Shown here piece after piece: positions 27,493 to 37,052 of a stretch of 64,000 nucleotides of DNA (within the stretch, counting starts at the first letter, position 1; every line of letters starts with the position of its first letter). Position numbers and translations under genes: made by a program. This stretch comes from Candidatus Thorarchaeota archaeon (GTDB taxonomy: Archaea > Asgardarchaeota > Thorarchaeia > Thorarchaeales > Thorarchaeaceae). The notes under the pieces were generated by a model, which had not been told where the DNA came from, did not search any database, and saw only the letters and a program-made list of their open reading frames with translations. Where the stretch lies: the NCBI GenBank assembly GCA_048882485.1, contig JBHLRP010000007.1:24474-88473 (forward strand), given 5' to 3'.

Positions 27493-28653
27493 CTACCTCC
27501 CTAGGATGTGGACAATCGAAGTTGCCCCTGTTCCTCCAATATTGACAGCGAGTCCCCTCTCAGCACCATCAACCTGTCTTCCTCCACCCTGTTCACGCAG
27601 TTGGAGTGTGAGTTCCACGATTTGTGCAACTCCTGTTGCGCCAATCGGATGGCCACGAGCCTTGAGGCCCCCAGAGGTGTTCACTGGGAACTTTCCTCCA
27701 ACCTCAGTTAGGCCATCACTCAATGCCTGGCCGCCCTTGCCCTTATCCACAATGCCCACGTCTTCTGTGAGGGTTATCTCACCAATAGTGAAGCTATCAT
27801 GAAGTTCGAAAACATTGATGTCATTTATTTCCACCTTTGCTTTCTTCAATGCCTCTCTGGATGATCTGACCACTGCATCCATAGTGCAAATATCTCTTCT
27901 ATCATGAAGTGCCAAGGTGTCGCTGGCTTGTGTGGAAGCCTCAATATACACAGGAGTGTCTGTGAAGTCCTTTGCTTTCTCCTCTGTACACATAATGAGT
28001 CCAGCTGCACCATCTGCCACAGGAGAAGAATGAAGAACTCGCAGTGGGTCTGCGAGCATACCTGAACCCATGACCACCTTGAGCGGCACCGGACGCTGGA
28101 ATTGAGCGTATGGATTGTGAGCAGCATTTGCATGATTCTTAACAGTTGGTAGGCTAAGTTGCTCCTCTGTCGTTCCAAACTCCTCCATATGACGTCGAGC
28201 AATGAATGCATAGAGTGCTGGAAAAGTCGCTCCAAACATGCCCTCCCATTCCCAGTCGCCAGCAACGCTTATGGTGTTCATCGCTTCTGTCTGGTTTACG
28301 TCGCTCATCTTCTCTGTTCCAAGGACCATCATGACTTCGTGTTCGCCAGAACGGATTGCCATGTACGCCTGTCTTACTGCGGCACCTCCGCTGGCACAAG
28401 CTGCTTCAACACTGTAGGCAGGGACTCCACCCAAGCCGCCGGCGTCAACTGCAAGGGCACCAAGATGCTCTTGCCCGGTGAACCTCCCTGCACTCATGTT
28501 TCCTATGCAGACTGCTCCAATGTCAGCTCCACGAACACCTGAGTCGAAGATGGCAACCATAGCCGCTTCGAGAGTGATATCACGGATACTCTGCTCCCAT
28601 AGTTCTCCGAATTGACTGAGTCCTACACCAACAATAGCTACTCGATTTCCCAT
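27493..28653 (-). CDS. Archaeal acetoacetyl-CoA thiolase
   Basis: VEAACASG, KNHANA, ELHDSF, NTSGGLKARGHPIGATG. Confidence 0.93.
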   Translation of the reverse strand: MGNRVAIVGVGLSQFGELWEQSIRDITLEAAMVAIFDSGVRGADIGAVCIGNMSAGRFTGQEHLGALAVDAGGLGGVPAYSVEAACASGGAAVRQAYMAIRSGEHEVMMVLGTEKMSDVNQTEAMNTISVAGDWEWEGMFGATFPALYAFIARRHMEEFGTTEEQLSLPTVKNHANAAHNPYAQFQRPVPLKVVMGSGMLADPLRVLHSSPVADGAAGLIMCTEEKAKDFTDTPVYIEASTQASDTLALHDRRDICTMDAVVRSSREALKKAKVEINDINVFELHDSFTIGEITLTEDVGIVDKGKGGQALSDGLTEVGGKFPVNTSGGLKARGHPIGATGVAQIVELTLQLREQGGGRQVDGAERGLAVNIGGTGATSIVHILGR

Positions 28654-28662
28654 ATGATCACC

Positions 28663-29706
28663 TCACCCAAGTGCGACAATCTTCCTTCGATATTTCGCGT
28701 AGACAGAATAGCTGATGTATGTCTTTCTCGCGATATAATCATCCACAGTTGGGACCTCGCCTCTCCGACTCTCAATTTCCTCCTCTACCTTGATTGAAAA
28801 TGCATCACTTCCTGCTCCTGAGCCATAGGCCACCATGAATACCTTTGAGCCGGGATCTGCAATGTCTAGGATTCTCGCCAAGCCCATCATTGCTGAAGCG
28901 GAATAGGTGTTGCCAATCTGCTGGACCACAAGGCTGTCCTCCAGCTTCTCTGGAGGAACCCCCAATTGATTGCCCATTGCTACAGGAAATTTCCCATTGG
29001 GCATATGAAATACGAAGTAGTCGTAGTCCTCAACAGTTGTCTTTGTCTTCTTTAGCAGCGATTTTGCTCCGGCACCGACATGGCGGAAATACGCTGGCTC
29101 TCCAGTGAATCTCGCGCCGTGACTTGGAAAATCTTCGCCCTCTCTCCGCCAGAAGTCTGGAGTGTCGGTTGTAAATGAAACTGTTTCCTCAATTGTTGCC
29201 ACAGGGTTCTTTTTGCCGATCAAGAATGCTGCACCACCTGCAGCAGCTGAATACTCGAGGGCGTCGCCTGGACGGCCCTGTGCTGTGTCAGAACCAATTG
29301 CCAATCCAATTTTGATCATATTTGAGTCGACTAGCCCCATGCATGTCTGGACTGCTGCAGTGCCTGCCTTGCATGCAAACTCAAAGTCCGCACATGTGAT
29401 GTCATGCGTGCATCCAATGGCTTCAGCAACAATCGTGCCCGTGGGCTTGACAGCGTATGGGTGTGACTCTGAGCCTACATAGACTGCTCCTATATCGGTG
29501 GGATCTATACCTCCCTGCTTCACAGCGTTACGGGCAGCTTCCACAGAAATCGTAGCCACATCCTCGTCTGGTCCTGGTACGGACTTCTCAAACACAGCAA
29601 GACCCTTAGCAAGCTTGGGACCATCTTCACCCCAGACTTCTGCGATATCTTCAGTTTTAATGCGATAGCGTGGTACGTAGACTCCATAGCCAACAATGCC
29701 TACCAT
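28663..29706 (-). CDS. Archaeal hydroxymethylglutaryl-CoA synthase
   Basis: [46 protein letters not shown]. Confidence 0.95.
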   Translation of the reverse strand: MVGIVGYGVYVPRYRIKTEDIAEVWGEDGPKLAKGLAVFEKSVPGPDEDVATISVEAARNAVKQGGIDPTDIGAVYVGSESHPYAVKPTGTIVAEAIGCTHDITCADFEFACKAGTAAVQTCMGLVDSNMIKIGLAIGSDTAQGRPGDALEYSAAAGGAAFLIGKKNPVATIEETVSFTTDTPDFWRREGEDFPSHGARFTGEPAYFRHVGAGAKSLLKKTKTTVEDYDYFVFHMPNGKFPVAMGNQLGVPPEKLEDSLVVQQIGNTYSASAMMGLARILDIADPGSKVFMVAYGSGAGSDAFSIKVEEEIESRRGEVPTVDDYIARKTYISYSVYAKYRRKIVALG

Positions 29707-30008
29707 TTACACTCTCTCCATTCGATACGTGAATTGTCGAATTACGTTACGTCATTTTAGGTGGAACTTAAACTCTTCGTCATCGAGCCTCTTAAGAACA
29801 TTATTGAAGGGCCCTATTCTTGTCACGACTATCACCGAATGTCCTTCATCAGTTCGGTTGATGCCGATTGTATCGTCTTCTTCCCTGCTATTTATGACTA
29901 GCGTTGATACATCTGAGTCTGTCGAAAAAGCAAAACAGTAATGACGACAAGTTGCGGAGCGAATTAAGGCTATAAGCGCAAACAGTCGATAAATGCTAGG
30001 TGAGTTCA

Positions 30009-30197
30009 ATGTCAACCTTGAGTACAAAATACAGGCGTGTAATTGTGGAGGAAACTAAGACAGCAAGGCAACTCCTTGACGAACTGGATCTTTCTACGGA
30101 TCATGTAGTACTTGTCGAAGGGAAACGCATGGAGCTTGATGATCTACTCGATGAAAACACACTAGTCATTGTTCTCCCGCTTATTGCAGGTGGATGA
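30009..30197 (+). CDS. MoaD/ThiS/SAMP ubiquitin-like protein
   Basis: 62 aa beta-grasp pattern ending LPLIAGG; ATG 30009 follows GGTGA (alternative start GTG 30000). Confidence 0.85.
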   Translation: MSTLSTKYRRVIVEETKTARQLLDELDLSTDHVVLVEGKRMELDDLLDENTLVIVLPLIAGG

Positions 30198-30213
30198 TGT
30201 ATCCAGCCGTGCT

Positions 30214-31572
30214 TCAGCCATTTGTTGTTTCTTCTATTTGAATTCCCAAATCTGAGGCCATTGTATAGAGAATCACCTGGGCCTTTGCTCTCTGTTCCTT
30301 TCTTGGGATCTCAGCCATCTCCTTCACATTTTCATTCAGACTCTTCATCAGGATTCGACTAGAGCCAGAGCTATACTGCGTGGCCTTCTTTGGTGTGGCA
30401 TGGATGCTCTCAGGCAGTCCTAGCCGCTCCGCGAGTTCTCGAAAAATGACTTTTCTCTCCGGCTGTTCGCCCAAGTGGATTTTCCATCTTGATGGAATGC
30501 CAAGTGCCAATTCAATGAACGCTGTTGAGAGATATGGGAAATAGGACTCAACGCGATGGGCCGCAATGGCTCTATCATCTCTCTCTATGTTGGTTTCATG
30601 AGTTGTTGCTGCTTCCTGCCACAGCTTTGCATCAAGGGCATCTTCCCCCTCCTCCTCGAAGATTCTCACATGTCTAGCATAGCCAGCAAATAACTCGTCA
30701 GGGCCTTGTCCGGACAGCATAAGTGAAATACCATCATTGGATGCCTGACTAGATGCAAGATAGAATGGTAGAGCAATCTCCAGATCCATTAGATTTGCAC
30801 TCTCAATGGAGTACATGAGATGCGGGAGGACTTCCCACACCACGTCCGAGTTGATTTCCACAGCATTGAGATTCATTCCTAAGGCATCTGCCGCGCTAGC
30901 TGCTGCAATACGGTCGTGAAAGGGTGCCGATGAAGCGGTGTAGAGCTGCACATCCATGCATGTTTCTTTTGCAAGCAGAGCAACAAGTGAGCTATCAACT
31001 CCGCCCGAAAACAGGACTCCCACACGCCGCCCTCTAATCCGTGTAAACGAAGCTCGTAACGCAATCTCCAAACGTCTGATTAACTCGTCGCGTGGAATAT
31101 CCTGGATGCGAGATGGAGGACCCATCTTTGCATCCTCGGTGGCAGTTATATCCTCAATTCCCGTTATCTTGAGACATTGCCCTGGCTGGAGTGAAGTGAC
31201 ATTCCTAGCCCCAGCTTCCCAAAGAGCCTTTCTTTCACTGGAGAAGAGTATGGCCTTGCCTGATTTGGCATAATAAAGCGGTTTCATCGAAAAGAACCGT
31301 CGCTTTAACTCAACTCCTTCATGATTCACCGACATGAATAGTGAATCTACTTGTTCTCCTCCCACAACAATCAGAATTCTCTCCATGTCCTCTTTGATGA
31401 TGAATGATTCAAGTGGGAGTGTTCTAGTCTTGATGACGACGAGGCAATCACTATTCATTGTTAAACTAAATGTTCTCGCCTCTCCCCTGTGCGATAGCTT
31501 TTGGGACATTCTCTCTACTAAATCTAGGGCTTCTACTGTTCTATCTGAAATTGCACCAGCTATGCCTGCCAT
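30214..31572 (-). CDS. Asparagine synthetase B-like ATP pyrophosphatase with degenerate glutaminase domain
   Basis: MAGIAG (Cys1 absent), SHRGE, KPLYY, FSGGVDSS, SGQGPDELFAGY, ERDDR, KKATQYSSG. Confidence 0.85.
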   Translation of the reverse strand: MAGIAGAISDRTVEALDLVERMSQKLSHRGEARTFSLTMNSDCLVVIKTRTLPLESFIIKEDMERILIVVGGEQVDSLFMSVNHEGVELKRRFFSMKPLYYAKSGKAILFSSERKALWEAGARNVTSLQPGQCLKITGIEDITATEDAKMGPPSRIQDIPRDELIRRLEIALRASFTRIRGRRVGVLFSGGVDSSLVALLAKETCMDVQLYTASSAPFHDRIAAASAADALGMNLNAVEINSDVVWEVLPHLMYSIESANLMDLEIALPFYLASSQASNDGISLMLSGQGPDELFAGYARHVRIFEEEGEDALDAKLWQEAATTHETNIERDDRAIAAHRVESYFPYLSTAFIELALGIPSRWKIHLGEQPERKVIFRELAERLGLPESIHATPKKATQYSSGSSRILMKSLNENVKEMAEIPRKEQRAKAQVILYTMASDLGIQIEETTNG

Positions 31573-31606
31573 TAAAAAAGCAACGCTCCTTCTTTCGAGG
31601 AGGCAA
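31573..31606 (-). terminator. Hairpin plus U-tract immediately before the asnB-like start
   Basis: Minus strand ttgcCTCCTc-gaaa-gaAGGAGcgttgcttttttaATG. Confidence 0.45.
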
Positions 31607-31635
31607 GATGCATTGCTGAGTGATTGTCCTAGTGC

Positions 31636-32055
31636 TCACTCGCCAACAGGCACCTGCTCAAGCACGACTTTCTGAACTCCGGTGATTCCGTTTAGGAATC
31701 CATCAAGGTCCTTTACAGTCACAGCAAGCTGTTGCGGGGTGAAATAGCATTCGTAATAGCATTGATCAGCCGCTTGACATATGCCGCTCGTGAATAGAAT
31801 ATCATCAAGTCCTGCCTTCATGAAGATTGTAGTTAGTTCCTCGAGGAAGCTTTTGCTTAGCTTCTCAATCTCCAGTTTGAGGTACATCACAACCTCACTG
31901 TCAACCGGATAGAGCTTGACATTCTTGTCTTTCATCACTAGAATGGCAAGACCGAATGGCTGCTTTATTCCATCAACAAATTCCTTTGGAAGCGTGACAA
32001 CGTTTCCAGTATTAATCTCGAGGACCCTTGCTCTTGTCATGTCGGCTTCTTTCAA
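31636..32055 (-). CDS. Hypothetical protein, AbrB-like N-terminus plus ACT-like C-terminus
   Basis: NTGNVVTLPKEFVD (AbrB-like); FLEELTTIF...ILFTSGIC...LNGITGVQKV (ACT-like). Confidence 0.55.
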   Translation of the reverse strand: MKEADMTRARVLEINTGNVVTLPKEFVDGIKQPFGLAILVMKDKNVKLYPVDSEVVMYLKLEIEKLSKSFLEELTTIFMKAGLDDILFTSGICQAADQCYYECYFTPQQLAVTVKDLDGFLNGITGVQKVVLEQVPVGE

Positions 32056-32127
32056 TTTCTCACCCTCTTGGGTACACGAGCAGAAGAGAGCGCTCTCAAT
32101 TTATCTCTTACGGGCAGGCGAAAATCA

Positions 32128-33765
32128 TCATCTCTTCCGGAACCAAGAGCGTAATTTTGCTATGGCAGCAGGTTCTGGACGCTCAACTTCGTGAAGCTTC
32201 CACAGATCTTCCTCAGATCCGTCGAACTCCAGGAACGCAACACCACCTTCTGATCGTAAATGTTCCATTTCCTGGAGTTTACTCAGAAGCCATGCCTTTC
32301 TGGATACTGGCATTCTAGCAGTTGCGAGGTCAAATATATGCGGATGGATGTCAAAGACCAGTGCTCTCTCACTCAGATACTCTAGTGCACCATCCTCCAA
32401 AGTCTTGCTAATCTTTTCCCTATCCGTGAAAAATGATGCCGCGACTGACATATTCGGGTATTTCTCAGGAAGGTTCATAGCGAATTTGAAAGACTTTCTG
32501 AATTTGGAAAGATGCGTAGCTGCATCAAGAATGAGTATGGTTTCTGGCTTGCCTTCAAACTCCTCTTCTGACATCTCGATATCGGATTCCAGCTCAATGT
32601 CTTGCTGCTCTATGACTTCTTGGATGAGCTGATCTGTTACTGGCGGTAGGTCGCTATCTTTGATCTCCGTTAAGTCTTCGTATTCCATGGGAATCTCGTC
32701 AAACTCCTCTTCTTTCTTCTTCCTACCACTCTTAAAATCGGGTTGAGGTTCTCTTTTGGGGCGTCTGTGTGGTGGAATGTACCCTACCTCTTCAACCAGG
32801 TGTTGAAGAATTAATGGAAGAAAGAGATCATAGAGCGTGCCTCTCGTTTCAAGAATGAGCAGTACCGGTGTATAGTTCGAAACCGACTCAATCAGACCTG
32901 ATTGATACTCATCATCAATTACGAAGAACTTCTCAAGATTTTCCCTGGAGTAACCCTCTTCGACGCGCTTGGTCCAGTCTGCATAGACATCCTTTACTTC
33001 CTGTTTTCTCCTGTCACGCACTAGACTCATGAACTTCCCGAGATATTTAACGCCGCGAGACACAGCAGTAGCCGGGCTAATGAACACCGTCATGAGTCCA
33101 ACTGCTTCTCCAGCATACTCACTGGCTTCTGCATCGCGCATCTTGCCCATCACTTCCTCCGTCAGAGAGGGCGGGCCAAGCTTCTCAACAAGAACCTCTA
33201 TCATCCCTTGTACGTCCTCAAAAGAGGCATCCCCCGGTCCAATTCGCTCTCCAACCGGCGACGCATCGGAGAGGACTTCAGCGAAAACGTTTGGGCGTTT
33301 GATGAGCCACTTGAGGGGGATTTTCAAGGATGTGTAGTCATGGAGCCACGTCCTGTCTGAGTCCTTGAGACCAAAATAGAACTTGGTCGACTCTGGAAAT
33401 ACATCATCAAACTCCTCCATAAACTGGTCAAATCCCGATTTGGTACTAAGACCCATCTCTCCCTTTTCCATCGCATCGACTACAAAGAGAAGGCCTTGTT
33501 CCTTCTTCTTCGCCTCACCTGCAAGGGCGAGCATAACCTGCTTTGGAGACAAGTATAGACGATCACTTTCTGCATAAGGTGCATCGAAGAATGAGAACAT
33601 TCCCATTTTGCGCCATGGCTTTCCGGACAGGTCCTCCTTGACCAAATGTGAGAACCACTCAAATCCACGTTTGTATCTCGAAATGCTTTCATCATCGGTT
33701 CCTGTAGTTGGCATGCAATGCACCCTTGTAGCTGCGAACGGTGTCGTTTCTACTGAGTACCTCAT
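32128..33765 (-). CDS. Hypothetical protein, possibly a degenerate HerA/VirB4-like P-loop fold
   Basis: 545 aa; LLFVVDAMEKGEM and TILILDAATHL...EKYPNMSVAASF resemble HerA/VirB4 strands; no Walker A; acidic insert. Confidence 0.6.
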   Translation of the reverse strand: MRYSVETTPFAATRVHCMPTTGTDDESISRYKRGFEWFSHLVKEDLSGKPWRKMGMFSFFDAPYAESDRLYLSPKQVMLALAGEAKKKEQGLLFVVDAMEKGEMGLSTKSGFDQFMEEFDDVFPESTKFYFGLKDSDRTWLHDYTSLKIPLKWLIKRPNVFAEVLSDASPVGERIGPGDASFEDVQGMIEVLVEKLGPPSLTEEVMGKMRDAEASEYAGEAVGLMTVFISPATAVSRGVKYLGKFMSLVRDRRKQEVKDVYADWTKRVEEGYSRENLEKFFVIDDEYQSGLIESVSNYTPVLLILETRGTLYDLFLPLILQHLVEEVGYIPPHRRPKREPQPDFKSGRKKKEEEFDEIPMEYEDLTEIKDSDLPPVTDQLIQEVIEQQDIELESDIEMSEEEFEGKPETILILDAATHLSKFRKSFKFAMNLPEKYPNMSVAASFFTDREKISKTLEDGALEYLSERALVFDIHPHIFDLATARMPVSRKAWLLSKLQEMEHLRSEGGVAFLEFDGSEEDLWKLHEVERPEPAAIAKLRSWFRKR

Positions 33766-33794
33766 ATGTGCTGAGATAAACCTATTGACGCAGA

Positions 33795-34991
33795 CTAGTC
33801 CAGCCTAAGTGCGTAGAGGCCACCAACAGCCGCAACAGCGATGATTCCAATGATGAGACCCCATCTCCAATCAATGAGAGGTGGAGGTGGATTGTTTGGA
33901 TCTTCTTCAAGCAACAGGTCTTCGTATTGAGCCCCCAGGTATGTCAGTGATTTGACAGCGTAGGATGAGATGTACATCGAACCTGTTTCTGCTCCAGGTA
34001 CAAGCGCGAAGCTGCCATCAACTGCCTGACAGTCAATAATGAATCGGGATGCAAGGTCTGCATCTACCGAAGCCAAGCCACCTAGTAGGTCAAGTGCTCT
34101 AAGCGCCCAATAAGTGCTGCCCAAATTCGTGTCGTTTGTCAGCAGGCCTTCTTCGAAACCTCCAATGAATGTGTTGGAGCTTGTGGAAATCACCTGTCTC
34201 TGCAGAATCCAGTCAATTATGCCCTGACGATTCGGGATAGTTTCTCCCAAGATTGTCAATGCTAGGACTCCAGCAGCTGTAGCTGTCACTCCGGGTAGGT
34301 CTGAATCGGGGCTAAGCTTGAATGCATCTTCGTTCATGCAACTGAGAATCCAATCTACTATATCTGTAGAATTCCAAAGCCACTTTTCCCAAGTGTCGTC
34401 CTCATCTGTCTGTAACGCAATCTCCATTGAATTGAGGGCTCGAAATGTTGAGATAATATCTGGTGAATTGCCAACCTCGTTAGAGAACCCTCCTTCCTCT
34501 GTATGTGTCTGATTAATCCAGATAAGCGCTGCAGTTCCGTTCAGTTCAACAGAGTTGATACCAGGAATATCTCCAAGTACATCCTGACTCAGTAGGTCAA
34601 ACAGATTGATTGCGTCAAAGGCATTCTTTTGATTCACAGGTCCTGCTATATGTTCTCCAAAGCCGCCGTATCTATCTGCTGTTTCTGAAACAAGTATCCA
34701 GTGAAGTTTCTCTGTGAAATTCTTTACACTGATGAAATCTAAGACGGGGGGCCTGACTCCCAATAGGTTCCAATCGTTGAATATTGATATAGCGCCGAAG
34801 GTTGTGTATACGTAGGATGCTTCTTGGCCAGGGAGCGTGAAGCCGCCCTCTGTCGGGTCATAATTCTCATCAATGTAGGCCCTTAGGGACTGTCTTCGAG
34901 TTGTAGGATTTGCCGAAACTGGTTGTACTGCTATTGTCACAACAACCAGTGCAATCGCAATTGTAATTGCAGCGATTCTGATGCTTCTCAT
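33795..34991 (-). CDS. Secreted, membrane-anchored prenyltransferase/squalene-cyclase alpha-alpha barrel repeat protein
   Basis: Signal peptide; repeats such as FIIDCQAVDGSFALVPG, WINQTHTEEGGFS, WILQRQ...GGFE; C-terminal TM helix. Confidence 0.85.
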   Translation of the reverse strand: MRSIRIAAITIAIALVVVTIAVQPVSANPTTRRQSLRAYIDENYDPTEGGFTLPGQEASYVYTTFGAISIFNDWNLLGVRPPVLDFISVKNFTEKLHWILVSETADRYGGFGEHIAGPVNQKNAFDAINLFDLLSQDVLGDIPGINSVELNGTAALIWINQTHTEEGGFSNEVGNSPDIISTFRALNSMEIALQTDEDDTWEKWLWNSTDIVDWILSCMNEDAFKLSPDSDLPGVTATAAGVLALTILGETIPNRQGIIDWILQRQVISTSSNTFIGGFEEGLLTNDTNLGSTYWALRALDLLGGLASVDADLASRFIIDCQAVDGSFALVPGAETGSMYISSYAVKSLTYLGAQYEDLLLEEDPNNPPPPLIDWRWGLIIGIIAVAAVGGLYALRLD

Positions 34992-35017
34992 ACGGACATC
35001 CCGTCTAGATGTGATAT

Positions 35018-35039
35018 CGCGGAGCGTTTCTGCTCCGCG
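35018..35039. promoter_or_regulatory. Perfect 8-bp inverted repeat upstream of the prenyltransferase-barrel gene
   Basis: CGCGGAGC-gtttct-GCTCCGCG. Confidence 0.35.
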
Positions 35040-35117
35040 TGAGAAGCCACGGACTGTAGAGCGGTTATTAACGTTTCCCCAAGTAACGGATTGTACTACG
35101 AAATTAGCGATGCTGAA

Positions 35118-36062
35118 TTACAGCGGGCCTCTCTGAACTTCGCGAATATGCTTGTAGGCAGAATCTGCAGCGATAGCACCTTGACCAGCAGCAACCACAA
35201 TCTGCTTCATCGATTCAACAACGTCTCCAGCAGCGAAGAAACCTGGGATGTTTGTTCTTTGCTCTCCATCTGCATAGATTTCTCCCCGACTGTTCATCTT
35301 GACACCGAGAGGCTTGGCGAGCTTGCTTTCTGGATCAGAACCCAAGGCCACAAAAGTCCCATCAACCTCTAATGTTCTTCTTTCCCCGGTCTTGACATTC
35401 TCCAATTCGAGCTCTCTAAGAAGATGTTCGTCTCCGCGGAACTCCTTGACCATGGTATCCCATAAGATTTCCACATGAGTGTCGAATATCATTTGCTGGA
35501 TGATATGTTCAGCTCGTAGGCGATTCCTCCGATGAATTAGATAGAGGGTGTCTGTCAGTTCTGAAAGATAAAGCGCTTCAGTGACTGCGGTATTGCCACC
35601 GCCAACAACCGCCAGCGTCTTATTTCTGAATAGAGGTCCGTCGCACGTTGCACAATAGGAAACGCCGCGCCCAGTATATTGCTCCTCACCAGGCAGGTTC
35701 AATTTCCTATGCCCTCCACCGGTAGCAAGTACAATAGCCTGAGCTTGATACACACCGCGTCTTGTATCGAGATGGAAACCACCATTATTATCCATCTCGA
35801 TGCTTCTAACTTCAGTTATTTCTTTGATAGTCGCTCCACTCTTCCTGACCTGTTCCTTCATCTTCTCAGCTAGTTCTATTCCTGTGATGAAGGAGTAACC
35901 TGGGTAGTTTTCAATACCTGGTGATGTCGCCTGTGCTCCCCCAAGGACTTTTGACTCAAGGAGTATGGTCTTCAGTCCATATCGTGAGCCATAGATGGCA
36001 GCTGTCATGCCAGCGGGGCCTCCGCCTATGACAACTAATTCCCAGGTCAAGTCTTCGGTCAT
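35118..36062 (-). CDS. trxB: Thioredoxin-disulfide reductase
   Basis: GGGPAG, IENYPG, GVSYCATCDG, GGGNTA, HRR, AAGDV. Confidence 0.95.
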   Translation of the reverse strand: MTEDLTWELVVIGGGPAGMTAAIYGSRYGLKTILLESKVLGGAQATSPGIENYPGYSFITGIELAEKMKEQVRKSGATIKEITEVRSIEMDNNGGFHLDTRRGVYQAQAIVLATGGGHRKLNLPGEEQYTGRGVSYCATCDGPLFRNKTLAVVGGGNTAVTEALYLSELTDTLYLIHRRNRLRAEHIIQQMIFDTHVEILWDTMVKEFRGDEHLLRELELENVKTGERRTLEVDGTFVALGSDPESKLAKPLGVKMNSRGEIYADGEQRTNIPGFFAAGDVVESMKQIVVAAGQGAIAADSAYKHIREVQRGPL

Positions 36063-36138
36063 ATTGGTCCTCCATCAAAAGGAGCTATGCGCAGCTCAGT
36101 CATCGATACTCCTCTAATTAAGACTTGTTTGACGGTCC

Positions 36139-36987
36139 TCACGCTAAGAGACTTTCTAGTAGTGCAACGGATTCTAGGCCCTTTGGAGACCATGCGTCGC
36201 GCCCAATGGGTTTCAGCAAGTCATTGATTCTAACAAAAGTCACTTCTCTTATTGGCATGCTCGGACGCTTCTGTAGGAAAGCCGCTTTTCTGAATCTCTG
36301 GGGGTCGTAGCTGAAAGTTTGACCTGGTCCAATAACAAGTACGAGGTCTACACATTCCAAGCCTTCCCAAATCCAAGCTGTATCATTGAATGATTCTATT
36401 ACCACGAGGTCGGTGCCATCTTCAACACGAGAGAATGAGGAGTTCACGCAATCCTCGAGATTCATGTTCTCGAATTGTTGTATCTCCTCAAGGGATTCAA
36501 TTGCCTGCTTCTCAACATCTTCTGTGAGAAGTTTAAACTCCTCATATGTAAGGAGTAGGTCGCCTTTTTCAATAAGCCTCTCTGCACCAAGAATCGTTGA
36601 ACGTATGCCCTTGTCATCAGGCCAACTGAAACGTTGCAGCGCGATGATCGAATCCGGTCCTGCAAGACCGAGTGTACTTGGCACATTCAGCAAAGGTTTG
36701 GCAGGCGAAGCCGGTACATACAGCCTGTGGATGGGATTGAGAATGTAGTCATCCTTCCTCGATTCCGTCAGTTTCTTAATAGATGCAAGGTCTGCAGAGA
36801 AAATCCGTTTCTGCTCTAGCAGATGTTGAGTATGGGCGAACCTTTGCCAGTAGTTATGAGCACTCATTGGCTTGAAATATTCAATAGAACTGAAATGGTG
36901 ATGCATGCTGTCAATCAATAGCCCTGCGAACGTGGTCTTTCCTGAATCGAAAGAACTCATGCCCACTAGCAGGACTCGCTTTGTCAT
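36139..36987 (-). CDS. Predicted archaeal P-loop NTPase (BioD/CobQ-like)
   Basis: GMSSFDSGKTT, YFKPMSAHNYW, LNPIHRL, VVIESFND. Confidence 0.75.
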   Translation of the reverse strand: MTKRVLLVGMSSFDSGKTTFAGLLIDSMHHHFSSIEYFKPMSAHNYWQRFAHTQHLLEQKRIFSADLASIKKLTESRKDDYILNPIHRLYVPASPAKPLLNVPSTLGLAGPDSIIALQRFSWPDDKGIRSTILGAERLIEKGDLLLTYEEFKLLTEDVEKQAIESLEEIQQFENMNLEDCVNSSFSRVEDGTDLVVIESFNDTAWIWEGLECVDLVLVIGPGQTFSYDPQRFRKAAFLQKRPSMPIREVTFVRINDLLKPIGRDAWSPKGLESVALLESLLA

Positions 36988-37001
36988 CGGAGTATTGCTC
37001 C

Positions 37002-37034
37002 AGAAAAAGAATAGAGAAGGAGCCCGTAGGCTCC
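37002..37034 (-). terminator. Thermosome terminator: UNCG-tetraloop hairpin plus U-rich tail
   Basis: Minus strand GGAGCC-TACG-GGCTCC then ttctctattctttttct. Confidence 0.75.
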
Positions 37035-37052
37035 CTGCTTTCCTTAGACGTT

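Noticed and set aside
29752-30027. 91-aa minus-strand ORF upstream of HMGCS
   Set aside because: No recognisable motif, overlaps the SAMP gene start and spans a probable divergent promoter region
30214-31572. GAT-QueC archaeosine enzyme, given queD and mptA in the window
   Set aside because: Lacks the QueC Cys zinc motif and has AsnB-specific GxDELFAGY and ERDDR
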